A DNA stretch of 63,297 nucleotides, filler included, from Octopus bimaculoides (lineage: Eukaryota), in NCBI RefSeq assembly GCF_001194135.2. It is 6 parts of 6 records of this genome, joined end to end, with 100 filler letters (N's around TTAATTAATTAA, not from the genome) between each part and the next. Parts side by side here need not be neighbours in the genome. Positions count along the whole stretch, not along the records: positions 6,179 to 23,663 come from NC_068986.1; positions 23,764 to 41,798 come from NC_068989.1; 4 more parts are not named here. One strand, written 5' to 3'. Numbering within the stretch: position 1 is the first letter of the stretch; every line of letters begins with the position of its first letter. Under the pieces are notes generated by a model. It was not told the origin of the DNA. It was given only the letters and a program-made list of their open reading frames with translations, and ran no database searches. Positions 12,374 through 26,300 of the stretch are shown here, in pieces. Position numbers and translations under genes: made by a program.

Positions 12374-13206
12374 NNNNNNNNNNNNNNNNNNNNNNNNNNN
12401 NNNNNNNNNNNNNNNNNNNNNNNNNNNNNNNNNNNNNNNNNNNNNNNNNNNNNNNNNNNNNNNNNNNNNNNNNNNNNNNNNNNNNNNNNNNNNNNNNNNN
12501 NNNNNNNNNNNNNNNNNNNNNNNNNNNNNNNNNNNNNNNNNNNNNNNNNNNNNNNNNNNNNNNNNNNNNNNNNNNNNNNNNNNNNNNNNNNNNNNNNNNN
12601 NNNNNNNNNNNNNNNNNNNNNNNNNNNNNNNNNNNNNNNNNNNNNNNNNNNNNNNNNNNNNNNNNNNNNNNNNNNNNNNNNNNNNNNNNNNNNNNNNNNN
12701 NNNNNNNNNNNNNNNNNNNNNNNNNNNNNNNNNNNNNNNNNNNNNNNNNNNNNNNNNNNNNNNNNNNNNNNNNNNNNNNNNNNNNNNNNNNNNNNNNNNN
12801 NNNNNNNNNNNNNNNNNNNNNNNNNNNNNNNNNNNNNNNNNNNNNNNNNNNNNNNNNNNNNNNNNNNNNNNNNNNNNNNNNNNNNNNNNNNNNNNNNNNN
12901 NNNNNNNNNNNNNNNNNNNNNNNNNNNNNNNNNNNNNNNNNNNNNNNNNNNNNNNNNNNNNNNNNNNNNNNNNNNNNNNNNNNNNNNNNNNNNNNNNNNN
13001 NNNNNNNNNNNNNNNNNNNNNNNNNNNNNNNNNNNNNNNNNNNNNNNNNNNNNNNNNNNNNNNNNNNNNNNNNNNNNNNNNNNNNNNNNNNNNNNNNNNN
13101 NNNNNNNNNNNNNNNNNNNNNNNNNNNNNNNNNNNNNNNNNNNNNNNNNNNNNNNNNNNNNNNNNNNNNNNNNNNNNNNNNNNNNNNNNNNNNNNNNNNN
13201 NNNNNN

Positions 13207-13287
13207 TATTATCATCATTATTATTATCATTATTATTATTATCATCATTATTATTATCATTATTATTATTATCATTATTATTATTAC

Positions 13288-13323
<36 letters not shown>

Positions 13324-13565
13324 CATTATTATCATCATTATTATTATTATCATTATTATTATTATTATCATTATTATTATTATTATCATCATTATTATTA
13401 TCATCATCATCATTATTATTATTATTATTATCATTATTATCATCATCATTATTATTATTATCATTATTATTATTATTATCATTATTATTATCATCATCAT
13501 CATCATTATTATTATCATTATTATCATTATTATTATTATCATCATCATCATTATTATTATTATCA
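13207..13565. repeat. Long mixed (ATT/ATC)n trinucleotide microsatellite
   Basis: Directly visible. Produces the poly-I/L/Y/H ORFs in the track. Confidence 0.95.
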
Positions 13566-13850
13566 TTCAATGTTGTTATTAGAGTCGTTGCCATCACTGA
13601 AGATGTTCTTGTTGCTGCTGCTGCTGCTGTTCATTTGTTTAATTGTCACTGTTGTTGTTGTTGTTGATGCAATTCTTAGTGATGTTGGTCGACGTTGTTT
13701 TTTTATTGTCGTTTGCGGTTTTGTTACTGTCTATGTTGGCATTTGTGTTGTTGTTGTTGTTGTTGTTGTTGTTATTGTTGTTATTTGATGTCATCCTCAG
13801 TAGTTAGTTGATGTTGTTGTCAGTTGTCTAACACTCTAAAATAATAACAC

Positions 13851-13886
<36 letters not shown>

Positions 13887-15149
13887 CAACANNNNNNNNN
13901 NTGTTTCATTAGCATCTCTTCTTGTTTTTGATCCACCTCTCACTATTTCTCTTTCCCTCTCCCCTCTCTCTTTCCTTCTCCCCTCTCCCTTTCCCTCTCC
14001 CCTCTCTCCTCTTTCTCCTTCCTCTCCTTTCACCCCACTTTCTCACCCTGTATCTTGCTCTTTTACCATATTTTGTTGGTTGTTGTTTTTTTCGCTATTA
14101 ATTCTTTCATCATCATCATCATCATCATCAGTATCATTATCATCATTCTCATCTTCATCATCATCACCACCATCATCATCATCGTCACCACCATCATCAT
14201 CATCATCATCATCACCATCATTGTAATTCATTGTTTGTTATCATTATTATTAAAGTGGTCTGATGGCAAAAAATAGTGCCAGACTCTGAAATGCCTTGCA
14301 GTATTCAGCATCTTCCTTCCTGCATTATGAGTTCAAACCTCACCAGGATTCATTTTTATTTTTCACCCTTCCAGAACTTATGAGGGGGGGGTCTTCTTAC
14401 ATGTTTGCAAGACCTACCAGAAATAGTAACCAATTTTCCATTTAACATTTCTCCTACAGTCTTTAAAAAAAAATATTTGTGTTGGCTACATTTGATAATA
14501 TAGTCCTAGATACACTATACCCACAAAACTAAAAGATTATGGTTTGAGTCAAAGCTGAAACAGTTTTGGTCATGGGTCTGCTCAGGCTCAACTGACCCAG
14601 GGTTAAATAGCAGCAGCAATAAAATGTATTGGCATTGATTCTAATTAGTTACGTTAGGGCAGTAAGCTGGTAGAATCAATGGAACATTGGGAAAAGTTCT
14701 AGGCCGCATTTGTTTTAGCTCTTTACATCATGAGTTCAAATCCCACCTAGGTCCACCACTTTGCCATTCATCATTTCTGGGTCAATAGAATAAAGTACCA
14801 GTCAAGTGCTAGGGTCAATGTAATCAACAAACTGTCACCCCTTCTCTTCTCAAATTTGCTGGGCGTTGAGACTAAATTTGGAGCGGTTAATTAAGCTAAT
14901 GACTGATATCCCTCTCAAACTAATTTGTGGCATTATACGAGTATAGGAAATTGTCATCATCATTGGTATAGTGAGTGAATGGCTGAATCATTAGAGTGTA
15001 GGATAGAATAGATACCTTCCAGTATCTGCATTCTGAGTTCAAATCCTGCTGAGGTCAACTTTGCTTTCCTTCATTCCACGGTTGTTAATGAACCAGTCAA
15101 GTACAGGGATTGAAATGTATCTCTCTTTCTCTCTCTCTTTCTCTCTCTT

Positions 15150-15181
<32 letters not shown>

Positions 15182-16596
15182 TCTCTCCTCAGACAACTAT
15201 TTTGGTCATTGAAGGCCAACATAGTTCCTCCTTTCTCTTTTGAATGAGGGATCAATAACCGCTTCTCATTGAAAAACTGATATGCTACTGGTACCACCCC
15301 AGAACATACTGGTGTGCAATACTACACAAGAGTGGAAATAAAACCTATGAATGGCCAAACAGACAAAAAATAAGAGAAAAATCCCTTATAGATATTCTGA
15401 GTTCAAATTCTGCCGAGGGTCATCTTAGCTTCTTCATACTTTCTTGGGGTTGATAAAATAATTATCACTCCTCAACTCTACTCAAATACTAGGTTTGACT
15501 TAAATTTACTAAACCTCCCCACCTCCTCTGAAATGTGTAGCTTTGTACTTAAGAAGTATTTTTGTTGGCCATGTATAAGTGTAGACATGATTGTGTAATT
15601 AAGGGGTTTGCTTTGTAGTCATGTGCATCCTGGTTCAATCTGCTTCATGGCAGCTTATTTGAGTGTTATTTACTACAGCCTCAGATCAACTTAAGCTTTG
15701 TGCATGAAATTAGGTAGACAGGTGTCGGTTGAAGCTCATCACGCTCTGTGTGTTCTTGGTTGGTGGGCTTACATCAATCCAGCCGAGTGTAATACTGCTA
15801 CATTGCCCCTGTGTTTGCCTGAAGAGAAATCTAATTGACTGCAAATATTCCAATTAGGTGTCTGGCCTGAGGGTAACTAACTCTGCTTCCTGTATCAACA
15901 GCCCATGAATCATGCCTTCTTGCTATATTTCCAACCTGCCCTGGAGGCTTTGAAAAAGCGCATGGATGCTGGCCATAAGAACATTATGATGATGGTCTGT
16001 GCCATGAAAGCCAGGCTTTGATTCAGTTATGATTCCCAATTGGTAATATTTCACTTGTATTATTAGCGCCATTGTGACAGGTAATGTATATACACATACA
16101 TACATACATACATGCATACATGCACATACATCCCCCCACATATGTACACACACTCAGTCACTTACACATACACTCACTCACTCACTCACTCTCTCTCTTT
16201 CTCTCACATACACTTGGACAGTGCATGGCATACTCTACAAGACTGTCCAATTACTGTACAATCCGAGTATGAAATTTCTCAAAACTCTCATATAAATCCT
16301 ATGTTTATTAAATGGTACTTACCTCTTGCTAGGTAGATCACTTTTGATCGTTTTGTTAATCCTATGGTACACTACACACACACACACACACACGCACGCA
16401 TGCACGCACACACACGCACACACACTAATATCGAATAGTGAAAATCCGTGTTCTATACCACACTGGTGGATAAATGATAAAAATAATAAAAAAATTGTGA
16501 GTTAACAAGGCTACCAATGGTTTCATGTAAAGAGGGATCTCTTAACAATTTTCAAACCTGCCACATGAGAACATTGATACTCATATCCATTTTAGC

Positions 16597-16665
<69 letters not shown>

Positions 16666-16821
16666 ATATATATATATATATATATCATTATCATCATTTA
16701 ACATCCATGTCTCATGTTGGCATTGGTTGACATGATTCGGTGGATCCAGGAACTGCACCATGCTTCAATGTCTGCTTTGACATGGTTTCTACAGCCACAT
16801 GCCCTTTCTAAAACCCACCAC

Positions 16822-16893
<72 letters not shown>

Positions 16894-17420
16894 TCGAACG
16901 ATGGAAGTTATAGCCACTGCATTGGGGGATATAATTTCTTTATTTGTACATTAAGGCTACCATTGGTTTCATGTTAAGGAAAGTGGGAAAATATCCTGGT
17001 GTCTTAACAATTTTTCAAGCTGGTTACATGGAGAAAGGTGATCGCCTCCATTTCGGTAAACACATATATATATGCATGTGTTGTGAGATGCCATAACATC
17101 TCTTCGTTTTGGCTCTGGCTAGAGAAACATCTCAGCACCCACTCATGTCTCACCTTGTTATCCATTCTCTGATAGCAGGGTCAAATGGAATAAATAACTT
17201 TGCGATACACAAAGTCACCCACCGGCTCTTCACTCTGGCTTGCATATTCTTTCAGGGAGGAGGATGAAGGGGAGGAGGAAGAGGAGGAGGAGCTTGCTTG
17301 CTACTTAATCTAAACAAAATCATTATCGTTGTAAGGATCATTTTCTTAAGTATGTGTCGCAACAGTATATCCGATTATCTCCCTCACCATTGCTGCCACC
17401 GACTCCATCTCTGCCGTCAT

Positions 17421-17451
<31 letters not shown>

Positions 17452-18379
17452 AGCAGCTCAGTTATAGTAATTTCTAAATTATAACATCAACATAATCATC
17501 ATCATCATCATCATCAAAATCCCTTATTATTTCTGAATTACGATAATAATCATAGAACATCTTCACCACCACCACCACCACCACTATCTACAATATCAAC
17601 ATCATCATCATCGTCTTCATTATTATTTCTAAATCACAGGAATTGTCATTAACCCTCCCCNNNNNNNNNNNNNNNNNNNNNNNNNNNNNNNNNNNNNNNN
17701 NNNNNNNNNNNNNNNNNNNNNNNNNNNNNNNNNNNNNNNNNNNNNNNNNNNNNNNNNNNNNNNNNNNNNNNNNNNNNNNNNNNNNNNNNNNNNNNNNNNN
17801 NNNNNNNNNNNNNNNNNNNNNNNNNNNNNNNNNNNNNNNNNNNNNNNNNNNNNNNNNNNNNNNNNNNNNNNNNNNNNNNNNNNNNNNNNNNNNNNNNNNN
17901 NNNNNNNNNNNNNNNNNNNNNNNNNNNNNNNNNNNNNNNNNNNNNNNNNNNNNNNNNNNNNNNNNNNNNNNNNNNNNNNNNNNNNNNNNNNNNNNNNNNN
18001 NNNNNNNNNNNNNNNNNNNNNNNNNNNNNNNNNNNNNNNNNNNNNNNNNNNNNNNNNNNNNNNNNNNNNNNNNNNNNNNNNNNNNNNNNNNNNNNNNNNN
18101 NNNNNNNNNNNNNNNNNNNNNNNNNNNNNNNNNNNNNNNNNNNNNNNNNNNNNNNNNNNNNNNNNNNNNNNNNNNNNNNNNNNNNNNNNNNNNNNNNNNN
18201 NNNNNNNNNNNNCATGCTGTTTTCTGATTTCTGTTTATTACTTTTATACAATACTGTTTTTCGCTCATTCTGTCTTTCCTCTCTTTCTCTCTCCCTCTCT
18301 CTCTTTCTGACTGTCTCTTTCTCTCTCTCTCTCTCTCTCCTCCTCATTCACCCTCTCTTTCCCTCTTCCTCCCTTTCTG

Positions 18380-18900
18380 ACTGTCTCTCTCTCATTCTCT
18401 CTCTTTTCTCTCTTCCTCTCTCTCTTTCTACTCTCTCTCTTTCTACTCTCTCTCTTTCTACTCTCTCTCTTTCTACTCTCTCTCTTTCTACTCTCTCTCT
18501 TTCTACTCTCTCTCTCTCTATTTCTACTCTCTCTCTCTCTCTCTTTCTACTCTCTCTCTTTCTACTCTCTCTCTCTCTCTCTTTCTACCCTCTCTCTCTT
18601 TATACCCTCTTTCTCTCTATCTTTCTACCCCCTCTCTCTCTCTCTCTTTCTACCCTCTCTCTCTCTTTCTACCCTCTCTCTCTCTTTCTACCCTCTCTCT
18701 CTCTTTCTACCCTCTCTCTCTCTTTCTACCCTCTCTCTCTCTTTCTACCCTCTCTCTCTCTTTCTACCCTCTCTCTCTCTTTCTACCCTCTCTCTCTCTT
18801 TCTACCCTCTCTCTCTCTCTTTCACCCTCTCTCTCATTCTCTCTCTTTTCTCTTGTCTCTTGTCTCTTTCCCTCTCTCTCTTTCTACTCCCTCTCTCTCT
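18380..18900. repeat. Pyrimidine minisatellite, unit about TTTCTAC(T/C)CTCTCTCTC (14-18 bp)
   Basis: Many tandem copies. Unit variant shifts from TTTCTACT to TTTCTACC along the array. Confidence 0.9.
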
Positions 18901-20057
18901 TTCTACCCCCTCCCTTCCTCTCTACCCCTCCCTCCCCCTCTCTCTTTCACCCTCTCTCTTTTTCTCTCTCATTTTCGTTTTGTTTTGGTGTTGGCCAGCA
19001 TTTACCATCACCATCATCATCAACTACATCATCATTGTCATTATCATCATCATTGACATTCTTGTCATCATCATCATCATCATCATCAGTATTATCATTC
19101 ACTATCATCGTCGTCATCATCATCATCATCACCACCACCACCACCACCACTACCACCCACACCATAATAATTATAATTATTATCATTATTTCCAAATCAT
19201 AACACTCCTTCGTATTATGTAAAAACCTGGGGAACAGTGTTGAGGGGGGAGAGGAGGAGGAGGAGATCAGCGGTGGGATGGGGTGGTGGTGGGGTNNNNN
19301 NNNNNNNNNNNNNNNNNNNNNNNNNNNNNNNNNNNNNNNNNNNNNNNNNNNNNNNNNNNNNNNNNNNNNNNNNNNNNNNNNNNNNNNNNNNNNNNNNNNN
19401 NNNNNNNNNNNNNNNNNNNNNNNNNNNNNNNNNNNNNNNNNNNNNNNNNNNNNNNNNNNNNNNNNNNNNNNNNNNNNNNNNNNNNNNNNNNNNNNNNNNN
19501 NNNNNNNNNNNNNNNNNNNNNNNNNNNNNNNNNNNNNNNNNNNNNNNNNNNNNNNNNNNNNNNNNNNNNNNNNNNNNNNNNNNNNNNNNNNNNNNNNNNN
19601 NNNNNNNNNNNNNNNNNNNNNNNNNNNNNNNNNNNNNNNNNNNNNNNNNNNNNNNNNNNNNNNNNNNNNNNNNNNNNNNNNNNNNNNNNNNNNNNNNNNN
19701 NNNNNNNNNNNNNNNNNNNNNNNNNNNNNNNNNNNNNNNNNNNNNNNNNNNNNNNNNNNNNNNNNNNNNNNNNNNNNNNNNNNNNNNNNNNNNNNNNNNN
19801 NNNNNNNNNNNNNNNNNNNNNNNNNNNNNNNNNNNNNNNNNNNNNNNNNNNNNNNNNNNNNNNNNNNNNNNNNNNNNNNNNNNNNNNNNNNNNNNNNNNN
19901 NNNNNNNNNNNNNNNNNNNNNNNNNNNNNNNNNNNNNNNNNNNNNNNNNNNNNNNNNNNNNNNNNNNNNNNNNNNNNNNNNNNNNNNNNNNNNNNNNNNN
20001 NNNNNNNNNNNNNNNNNNNNNNNNNNNNNNNNNNNNNTAACATTCTTTAAACTTTAG

Positions 20058-20088
<31 letters not shown>

Positions 20089-22379
20089 AGTTTTTCCTTT
20101 CTTTTCATTCATTCATTCAATACCATTTGATCTCTTTCATTCTTTCTGTCTCTCCTTCCTCCACCCCCGCTCACTATCTTCTCCCTCTCTCTATCTCTCA
20201 TTCTCTCTCTCTCTCTCTCCCTCTTCACTACCTCTCCTTCCCACACTCTCTATTCTCTTCTCCCTTTCCATCTCTCCTTCCTCCCTCTGTCACTATCTCT
20301 CTCTCTCTCTTCCATGCTCTCTATCTCTCCTCTCACTATCTCTATCTCATTCTTTCTCTGTCTCTCCTTCCTCTCTCACTATCTCTTCCTCCTCCCTCTC
20401 ACTAGCTCTCCCTCTCACTAGCTCTCCCTCTCACTAGCTCTCCCTCTCACTAGCTCTCCCTCTCTCCTTCCTCCTCTAGTTCTACCCCTCTTTTCCCCTC
20501 TGGCTCCACCCTTTCTCTCTCCTCTATCATTTCTCTCTCTCTCTCTCTCTTTCTCTCTCTCCCTATCTCCNNNNNNNNNNNNNNNNNNNNNNNNNNNNNN
20601 NNNNNNNNNNNNNNNNNNNNNNNNNNNNNNNNNNNNNNNNNNNNNNNNNNNNNNNNNNNNNNNNNNNNNNNNNNNNNNNNNNNNNNNNNNNNNNNNNNNN
20701 NNNNNNNNNNNNNNNNNNNNNNNNNNNNNNNNNNNNNNNNNNNNNNNNNNNNNNNNNNNNNNNNNNNNNNNNNNNNNNNNNNNNNNNNNNNNNNNNNNNN
20801 NNNNNNNNNNNNNNNNNNNNNNNNNNNNNNNNNNNNNNNNNNNNNNNNNNNNNNNNNNNNNNNNNNNNNNNNNNNNNNNNNNNNNNNNNNNNNNNNNNNN
20901 NNNNNNNNNNNNNNNNNNNNNNNNNNNNNNNNNNNNNNNNNNNNNNNNNNNNNNNNNNNNNNNNNNNNNNNNNNNNNNNNNNNNNNNNNNNNNNNNNNNN
21001 NNNNNNNNNNNNNNNNNNNNNNNNNNNNNNNNNNNNNNNNNNNNNNNNNNNNNNNNNNNNNNNNNNNNNNNNNNNNNNNNNNNNNNNNNNNNNNNNNNNN
21101 NNNNNNNNNNNNNNNNNTCTATTCATGGGTTGGAAAAACTGAGAAATTTCTTTCCTTGTTTTTTTCCCATTTTTTTTTTCCAATTTTTTCTTTTTTCTTT
21201 GCATTATAAATTTCTCACTAGAACAATGGAGTTCTTCGCTTTAGGTTCAATCCTCATAAAACGCGTTGTTATTATTATTATTATTATTATTTGATTTGGT
21301 CTTTCTTAATTTTATCAATTTACATATATTTTTTCTTCTTGTTTAGTTTTTCTTAGTTCTTTTTTTCTTTTTCATCTTTCCTCCCCGCCCGATTTCTTTT
21401 TTTTTTTTTCCGTTCGTTTTCCGTCATCGTTTTCAATGCAAGAATTTAGCATTGAAGAGTTTTTAATTCTGTTTGTTTAACTTGCAGCCTTATCGAGGAA
21501 AAAAAAAAGAAAATAAATAAATGCATAAGTAAATAAATAAAATTGCTAAAGCATGAAGCATCGACTTACATTCATACATATGTATTGGCAGACAGACTGG
21601 CAGGCTGATGCACACTTGTGCATGCATGCAAGCACGTGCATACAACCATCGTATATCAGTATTTCCTAACACTGATTGAATAGTGCTGCAAATTCTAATA
21701 TTTTCAATAATTGTTTGTTTTCTGTGAATGACTGAACGTTTGTTTGTTTAGCTACAGGTCAGCTCTGATCAAAGCAGAACTATAATCAGAGGTATTCTGG
21801 CCATGACCATCATGTTCTTTGTTTTGTTTTGCATTTCTTTTGTGTAGGAATAGTGTAGCTTAGACTACATTATTGAATGTCTCCTTTTATTTTTAAACAG
21901 TGTGTTTTTCCTGAGGGAGATTTGTCTGCTATTTCTAGCAGGTTGAGCAATCATGTAGAAACATTCTCATTGGGTCATTGGTAAAATAAACCATTCTCTG
22001 TTTGCAAAGAATATGGTTTTCTTTTGTTATACATCTTCACCTTTCTGCTACTATATGAGCATCTTTCATACTCTTCAAAGAAATTTTGGTGAACCTTTCC
22101 GCTAGCATATTTCTGTCAAATTGCACTGTCTTTGATTCAATTAATTCTGAAAATAATGAAGAATATAGTAAAATAACTCTGTTATTATTAAAATAGTGTT
22201 TGGAAAATAGATTGGCATGACATTTTGATAGAATCCTTTGACCATTTGGCATTCAGATTCCTTTGTCGAATGTAATGTTTCTCTTATCTTTTATCTGTTA
22301 CTTGGAGAATTTTTAATCGAATGAATTGATCTCAGTACTTAAATTTTTTGCTAAGCCTGGTACTTAGTCTATCAGTATC

Positions 22380-22592
22380 TTTTTGCTGAACCACTAAGTT
22401 ACGGGGACGTAAACACAACAGCACCTGTGTGGGGACAAAAAGACACACACATATATATATACCACAGGCTTCTTTCAGTTTCCACAAGGCTTTCGTCAGC
22501 CTGAGCCTGTAGCAGAAGACACTTGTCCAAGGTGTCACACAGTGGGACTGGACCTGGCCCCATGTGATTAGCTTCTTACCACACAGCCATGC
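22380..22592 (-). mobile_element. SINE family A copy with internal deletions
   Basis: Reverse complement of family A segments (aaccactaagttacggggacgtaaacac...agaagacacttgtccaaggtgtcacacagtgggactg). Confidence 0.75.
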
Positions 22593-22789
22593 CTTCATGC
22601 ATTATCTTATAGCTTCAAGATTCCAATGATGTAATTACTTATTTTTAGAATGACATTGTAGGGTAGGTGTGAAAAGCCTGACCTGGCCAATGTCAACATA
22701 AAACAGGTAGAATATTTGGATTGTATATGGCTGGTTTAAAAGCTAAAAGGTTAAATGCAAGACCTTGTTGTCCCTTGATGTCTCTGTTT

Positions 22790-23270
22790 GTTCCATGCTA
22801 GCATGGGTTGGACAATTTGACTGAGGACTGGTGAACCAGATGGCTGCACCAGGCTCCAATCTGATTTGGCAGAGTTTCTACTGCTGGATGCCCTTCTTAA
22901 CGCCAACCACTCCGAGAGTGTAGTGGGTGCTTTTACGTGCCAGCATTTGTGTGTCTGTGTTTGTCCCCCAACATCGCTTGACAACCTATGCTGGTGTGTT
23001 TACGTCCCCCGTAACGCTAACGGTTCGGCAAAAGGAACCGATAGAATAAGTACTAGGCTTACAAAGAATAAGTCCCGGGGTCGATTTGCTCGACTAAAAG
23101 GCGGTGCTCCAGCATAGCCGCTGTCAAATGACTGAAACAAGTAAAAGAGTAACCCTGAAAGGATGAAAGCAAAGTGGACGTTGGTGGAATTCAAACTCAG
23201 AATTTAGAGCGGGTAGAAATGCGGCTTACCATTTTGTCTACCGTTCTGATGATTCCGTCAGTTCATCTTC
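22790..23270. mobile_element. Composite of RTE-type tail (-, about 22790-22943), SINE A 3' half (+, about 22947-23149) and SINE B 5' part (-, about 23152-23270)
   Basis: Each segment aligns by eye to other copies in the window. Junctions abut within a few bases. Confidence 0.85.
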
Positions 23271-23532
23271 CTATTAATCAATAATAACAAAAAGGAAACG
23301 GTAAAAGAAAATACAAGAAACCAAAACTGCATGAAAAAAATCTCTTCCATCAACGCAGCGGCACAGGAGCAGCAATAATATCTGTCAGTCTGTCTCTATC
23401 TATCTATCTATCTATCTATATATATATATACAAGAATAAAGGCAGGGAATCGTCAATTAGTAATAGAATTAATAATTAACAATTTTGCCAAGTAGTTCAG
23501 TATGAAAAAAACCTTTATCGGTAAAATCATTT

Positions 23533-23894
23533 ATCATCGTAAATATACAGGGATTAGCATTGAGTTGCTTCTCCAACATACTGAAAATTTAGAAATAGCA
23601 GTCAAAAAACTACTGATTCTAAACTACAAATTTTTCTCTAAATGGATGGCGATATTTTGTGACNNNNNNNNNNNNNNNNNNNNNNNNNNNNNNNNNNNNN
23701 NNNNNNNTTAATTAATTAANNNNNNNNNNNNNNNNNNNNNNNNNNNNNNNNNNNNNNNNNNNNCCATAAATATCGCCATCCGCTTTAGAGAAAAATTTGT
23801 AGTTTGGAATCAGTAGTTCTTTGACTGCTATTTCTAAATTTTCAGTATGTTGGAGAAGCAACTCAATTGCTAATCCCTGTATATTTATGATGAT
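23533..23894. repeat. About 125-bp inverted repeat flanking a 100-bp scaffold gap (foldback/TIR element or misjoin)
   Basis: 23533-23660 is the reverse complement of about 23767-23894, with only a handful of differences. Confidence 0.8.
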
Positions 23895-23895
23895 G

Positions 23896-23926
<31 letters not shown>

Positions 23927-25609
23927 TATATTAACATGTATTACTTTGAACTTTGACATGTTACTTTCAGCAAACACCTGTGATGTCTGTTGCTGCCTCT
24001 TTCTCTTGTTTCTCTTCTTCTGTCTCTTCTTTCTTTCCTGTTTTGATCCTGTGGAAAACACCAAAATATGTTTGTGATCTTCTTCACTGCAATAACTATG
24101 AGAAAAACGTTTCTCAATCCATCTGTTGTCGTTGTTGTTGTGTCTCTCCTACCATAATCATCACCCTATCACCACCACCACTACCTCTACTACTGCTACC
24201 ACTTCTATCATCATCATCATCATCCTTCCATTTGTAACCTATTGTTGCATCCAATTGTCTTTTTCTCTCAACTCAAGGCTATTTGAAGGTGTGGGCACAC
24301 TGGGCAGTTGTCCAAGGACCTCCACAAGTCTAGATACCCAATTCTGATCTTTACATGTACAGGCTTGCTGTCAATAACTAAATACAATAGGATCCTGTGT
24401 ATTTATTTGCCCAAGGGTCTATAAATACTATTAAGCCAGCCCTGTCTCAAACCCTGTGGTATTTCTACCTCCAAACCCTGCTATATCCAACTCTTCAAAC
24501 TCCACACTAACAGTCTCACTTTTATTAATCTCCAGCCTACTTCTTTAATCTAACAATATCTTCTTCAGTTCTTGCTAGATTTGTTAGCCGCTGACAATCT
24601 GTTTAATACTTTCCGCTATACAAGAAATTCTGTATTTAAAGAAAAACAACCTGTTTCTTTTTATTGATTCTGTATTGTCTAACAAAGCCATATTTCAATG
24701 TTTGTCAATGTATTTTTTGTGTGAAGATCATTGAGCTTAAACCAGTCAGCATGTGTGGATACACAGATATATGTATGTGTATATGTGTGTGTATACATGA
24801 ATGTGTGTGTGTGTGTGTGTATGCATATGTATATGGGAGGGAATCCCTGTGAATATATTTGTAATTGTGTAAATGTAAAAGTGAAGACATTTGCAGACCA
24901 TATGTTTTTTTTTTACAGTATTAAATCTATTTTTCAATCCTAGTAAGTGGTTGAAGGGAGGTGTTGTTTTTGTTGGAGCAATTGTTTGTACAGCTCTATG
25001 TTCTTGCTCCTATGAATCACTCAGCTGTGATGTTGGGGAGCAGTTTGTCAGCCAGACAAACTGAACAAGTGGTAATTCTCAGTGGGTTACAAAGAATGGA
25101 TTTGGTGTCTGTAGCTGAGGAAGCATAACAGTCCATAAATATGTGTCTTACTGTGACATCATTCACAACATAGCTCAGTGTGGCATTGTCCATAAAGAGA
25201 ATTTCTCTTCCAAGACAGTTGCACATCTTTAGTGTATATGGATGTGCTAAAAATAATTCTTCAGATTGAGTAGCTCATCCCGCTCAAAAGGTCCCTGAAT
25301 AAGAGTTGTTTAAGGATGTTGAACAAAACACCCATGTTTCCAGAGGTGAATTATTCAAACCCCAAAGAATTCCTTTCAACACATGACTATGATGCTCGTG
25401 ATCAGAGATGCACATATCGTCAACCACTAAGGGACATGCTCAACTGGTTACGGTCAAACAACTGACAAGCAAATCTGTGGTATTGAGCAGAATATTTGCT
25501 GTAGCCCATCTTTTTTATACCATGACAAGACAATGTACATTACAACACTTTTAATCAGTTAAGATCAGAAGTCATGAGAGCCACTGCCTGGTACTGCGTA
25601 AGATGGCAA

Positions 25610-25795
25610 ATTAGCAGAATTTTTAGCAACATTTCTTCTAGCTCTTTATGTTCTGAGTTTAAATTCTGCCAGGATTGACTTTGCTTTTCATCCTTTTGGG
25701 GTCAATAAAATAAGTAGAAGTTGAACACTGGGGTTGACGTAATCAACTTACCCGACCTCAAAACTGCTGGTCTTGTACTAAAATTTGAAATCAAT
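25610..25795 (+). mobile_element. SINE family B copy
   Basis: tggcaaattagcagaa...gagtttaaattctgccaggattgactttgcttttcatccttttggggtcaataaaataagta. Confidence 0.8.
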
Positions 25796-25849
25796 ATTAT
25801 TATTCTTAAGACTTACAGTACCTGGAGAATCTTACCTATCAGTGCAACT

Positions 25850-26150
25850 CTTGAGAGACCACATGTATTATATATCTCCAGCCTTTCCCACTTTCCAAAA
25901 TTCAGTTAACCTTTCTGGTCCCTTGTTAAAAGAATTCTCACTGCCTTTGCAGAGTCCTCATTCCCTCCTTTTCTAAACAATAATGACTCTATAAGCAGAA
26001 TTCCCATGGAGAAAACCTCCAGCTTCACTGCCCACTTTGAATTCAGTTCCGAACAACACTTCCTTGGCCAGTCTTCTCCAGATCTACACCATTTCATTTC
26101 CAACCTATATACATATATGCCAAGGGTAGAAACACTTCCAGTTGCTTCAA
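25850..26150 (-). mobile_element. Decayed RTE-type apurinic endonuclease fragment
   Basis: TLGIYVYRLEMKWCRSGE and LLFRKGGNEDSAKAVRILLTRDQKG resemble RTE EN motifs (ILGISE.RW.GSGE; YSG.E..H..GVG.LL). Confidence 0.4.
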
Positions 26151-26300
26151 ATAAACAAAGTTACCAACCTAGACAATTTCCCTTCCTTAAACACCAGAAC
26201 TTACTCCAATACCAAATTGGGGATATATTCTGACTCCTCAGTGTGTTTCATTTCAAAGGAAGACATTTTCTCAGACAGCCAACTATCATCCTATTGCTTT

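Noticed and set aside
16502-17060. Two diverged ~100-bp direct repeats (16502-16600 and 16951-17060) as possible LTR pair
   Set aside because: Low identity, no TG..CA ends, PBS/PPT or internal ORF; probably two old copies of a common repeat.
18214-19056. 280-aa Ser/Leu-rich ORF
   Set aside because: Translation of a CT-rich minisatellite.
20395-20460. Short regular direct repeats (CTCTCCCTCTCACTAG x4), considered as CRISPR-like
   Set aside because: Contiguous minisatellite with no unique spacers, in a eukaryotic context.
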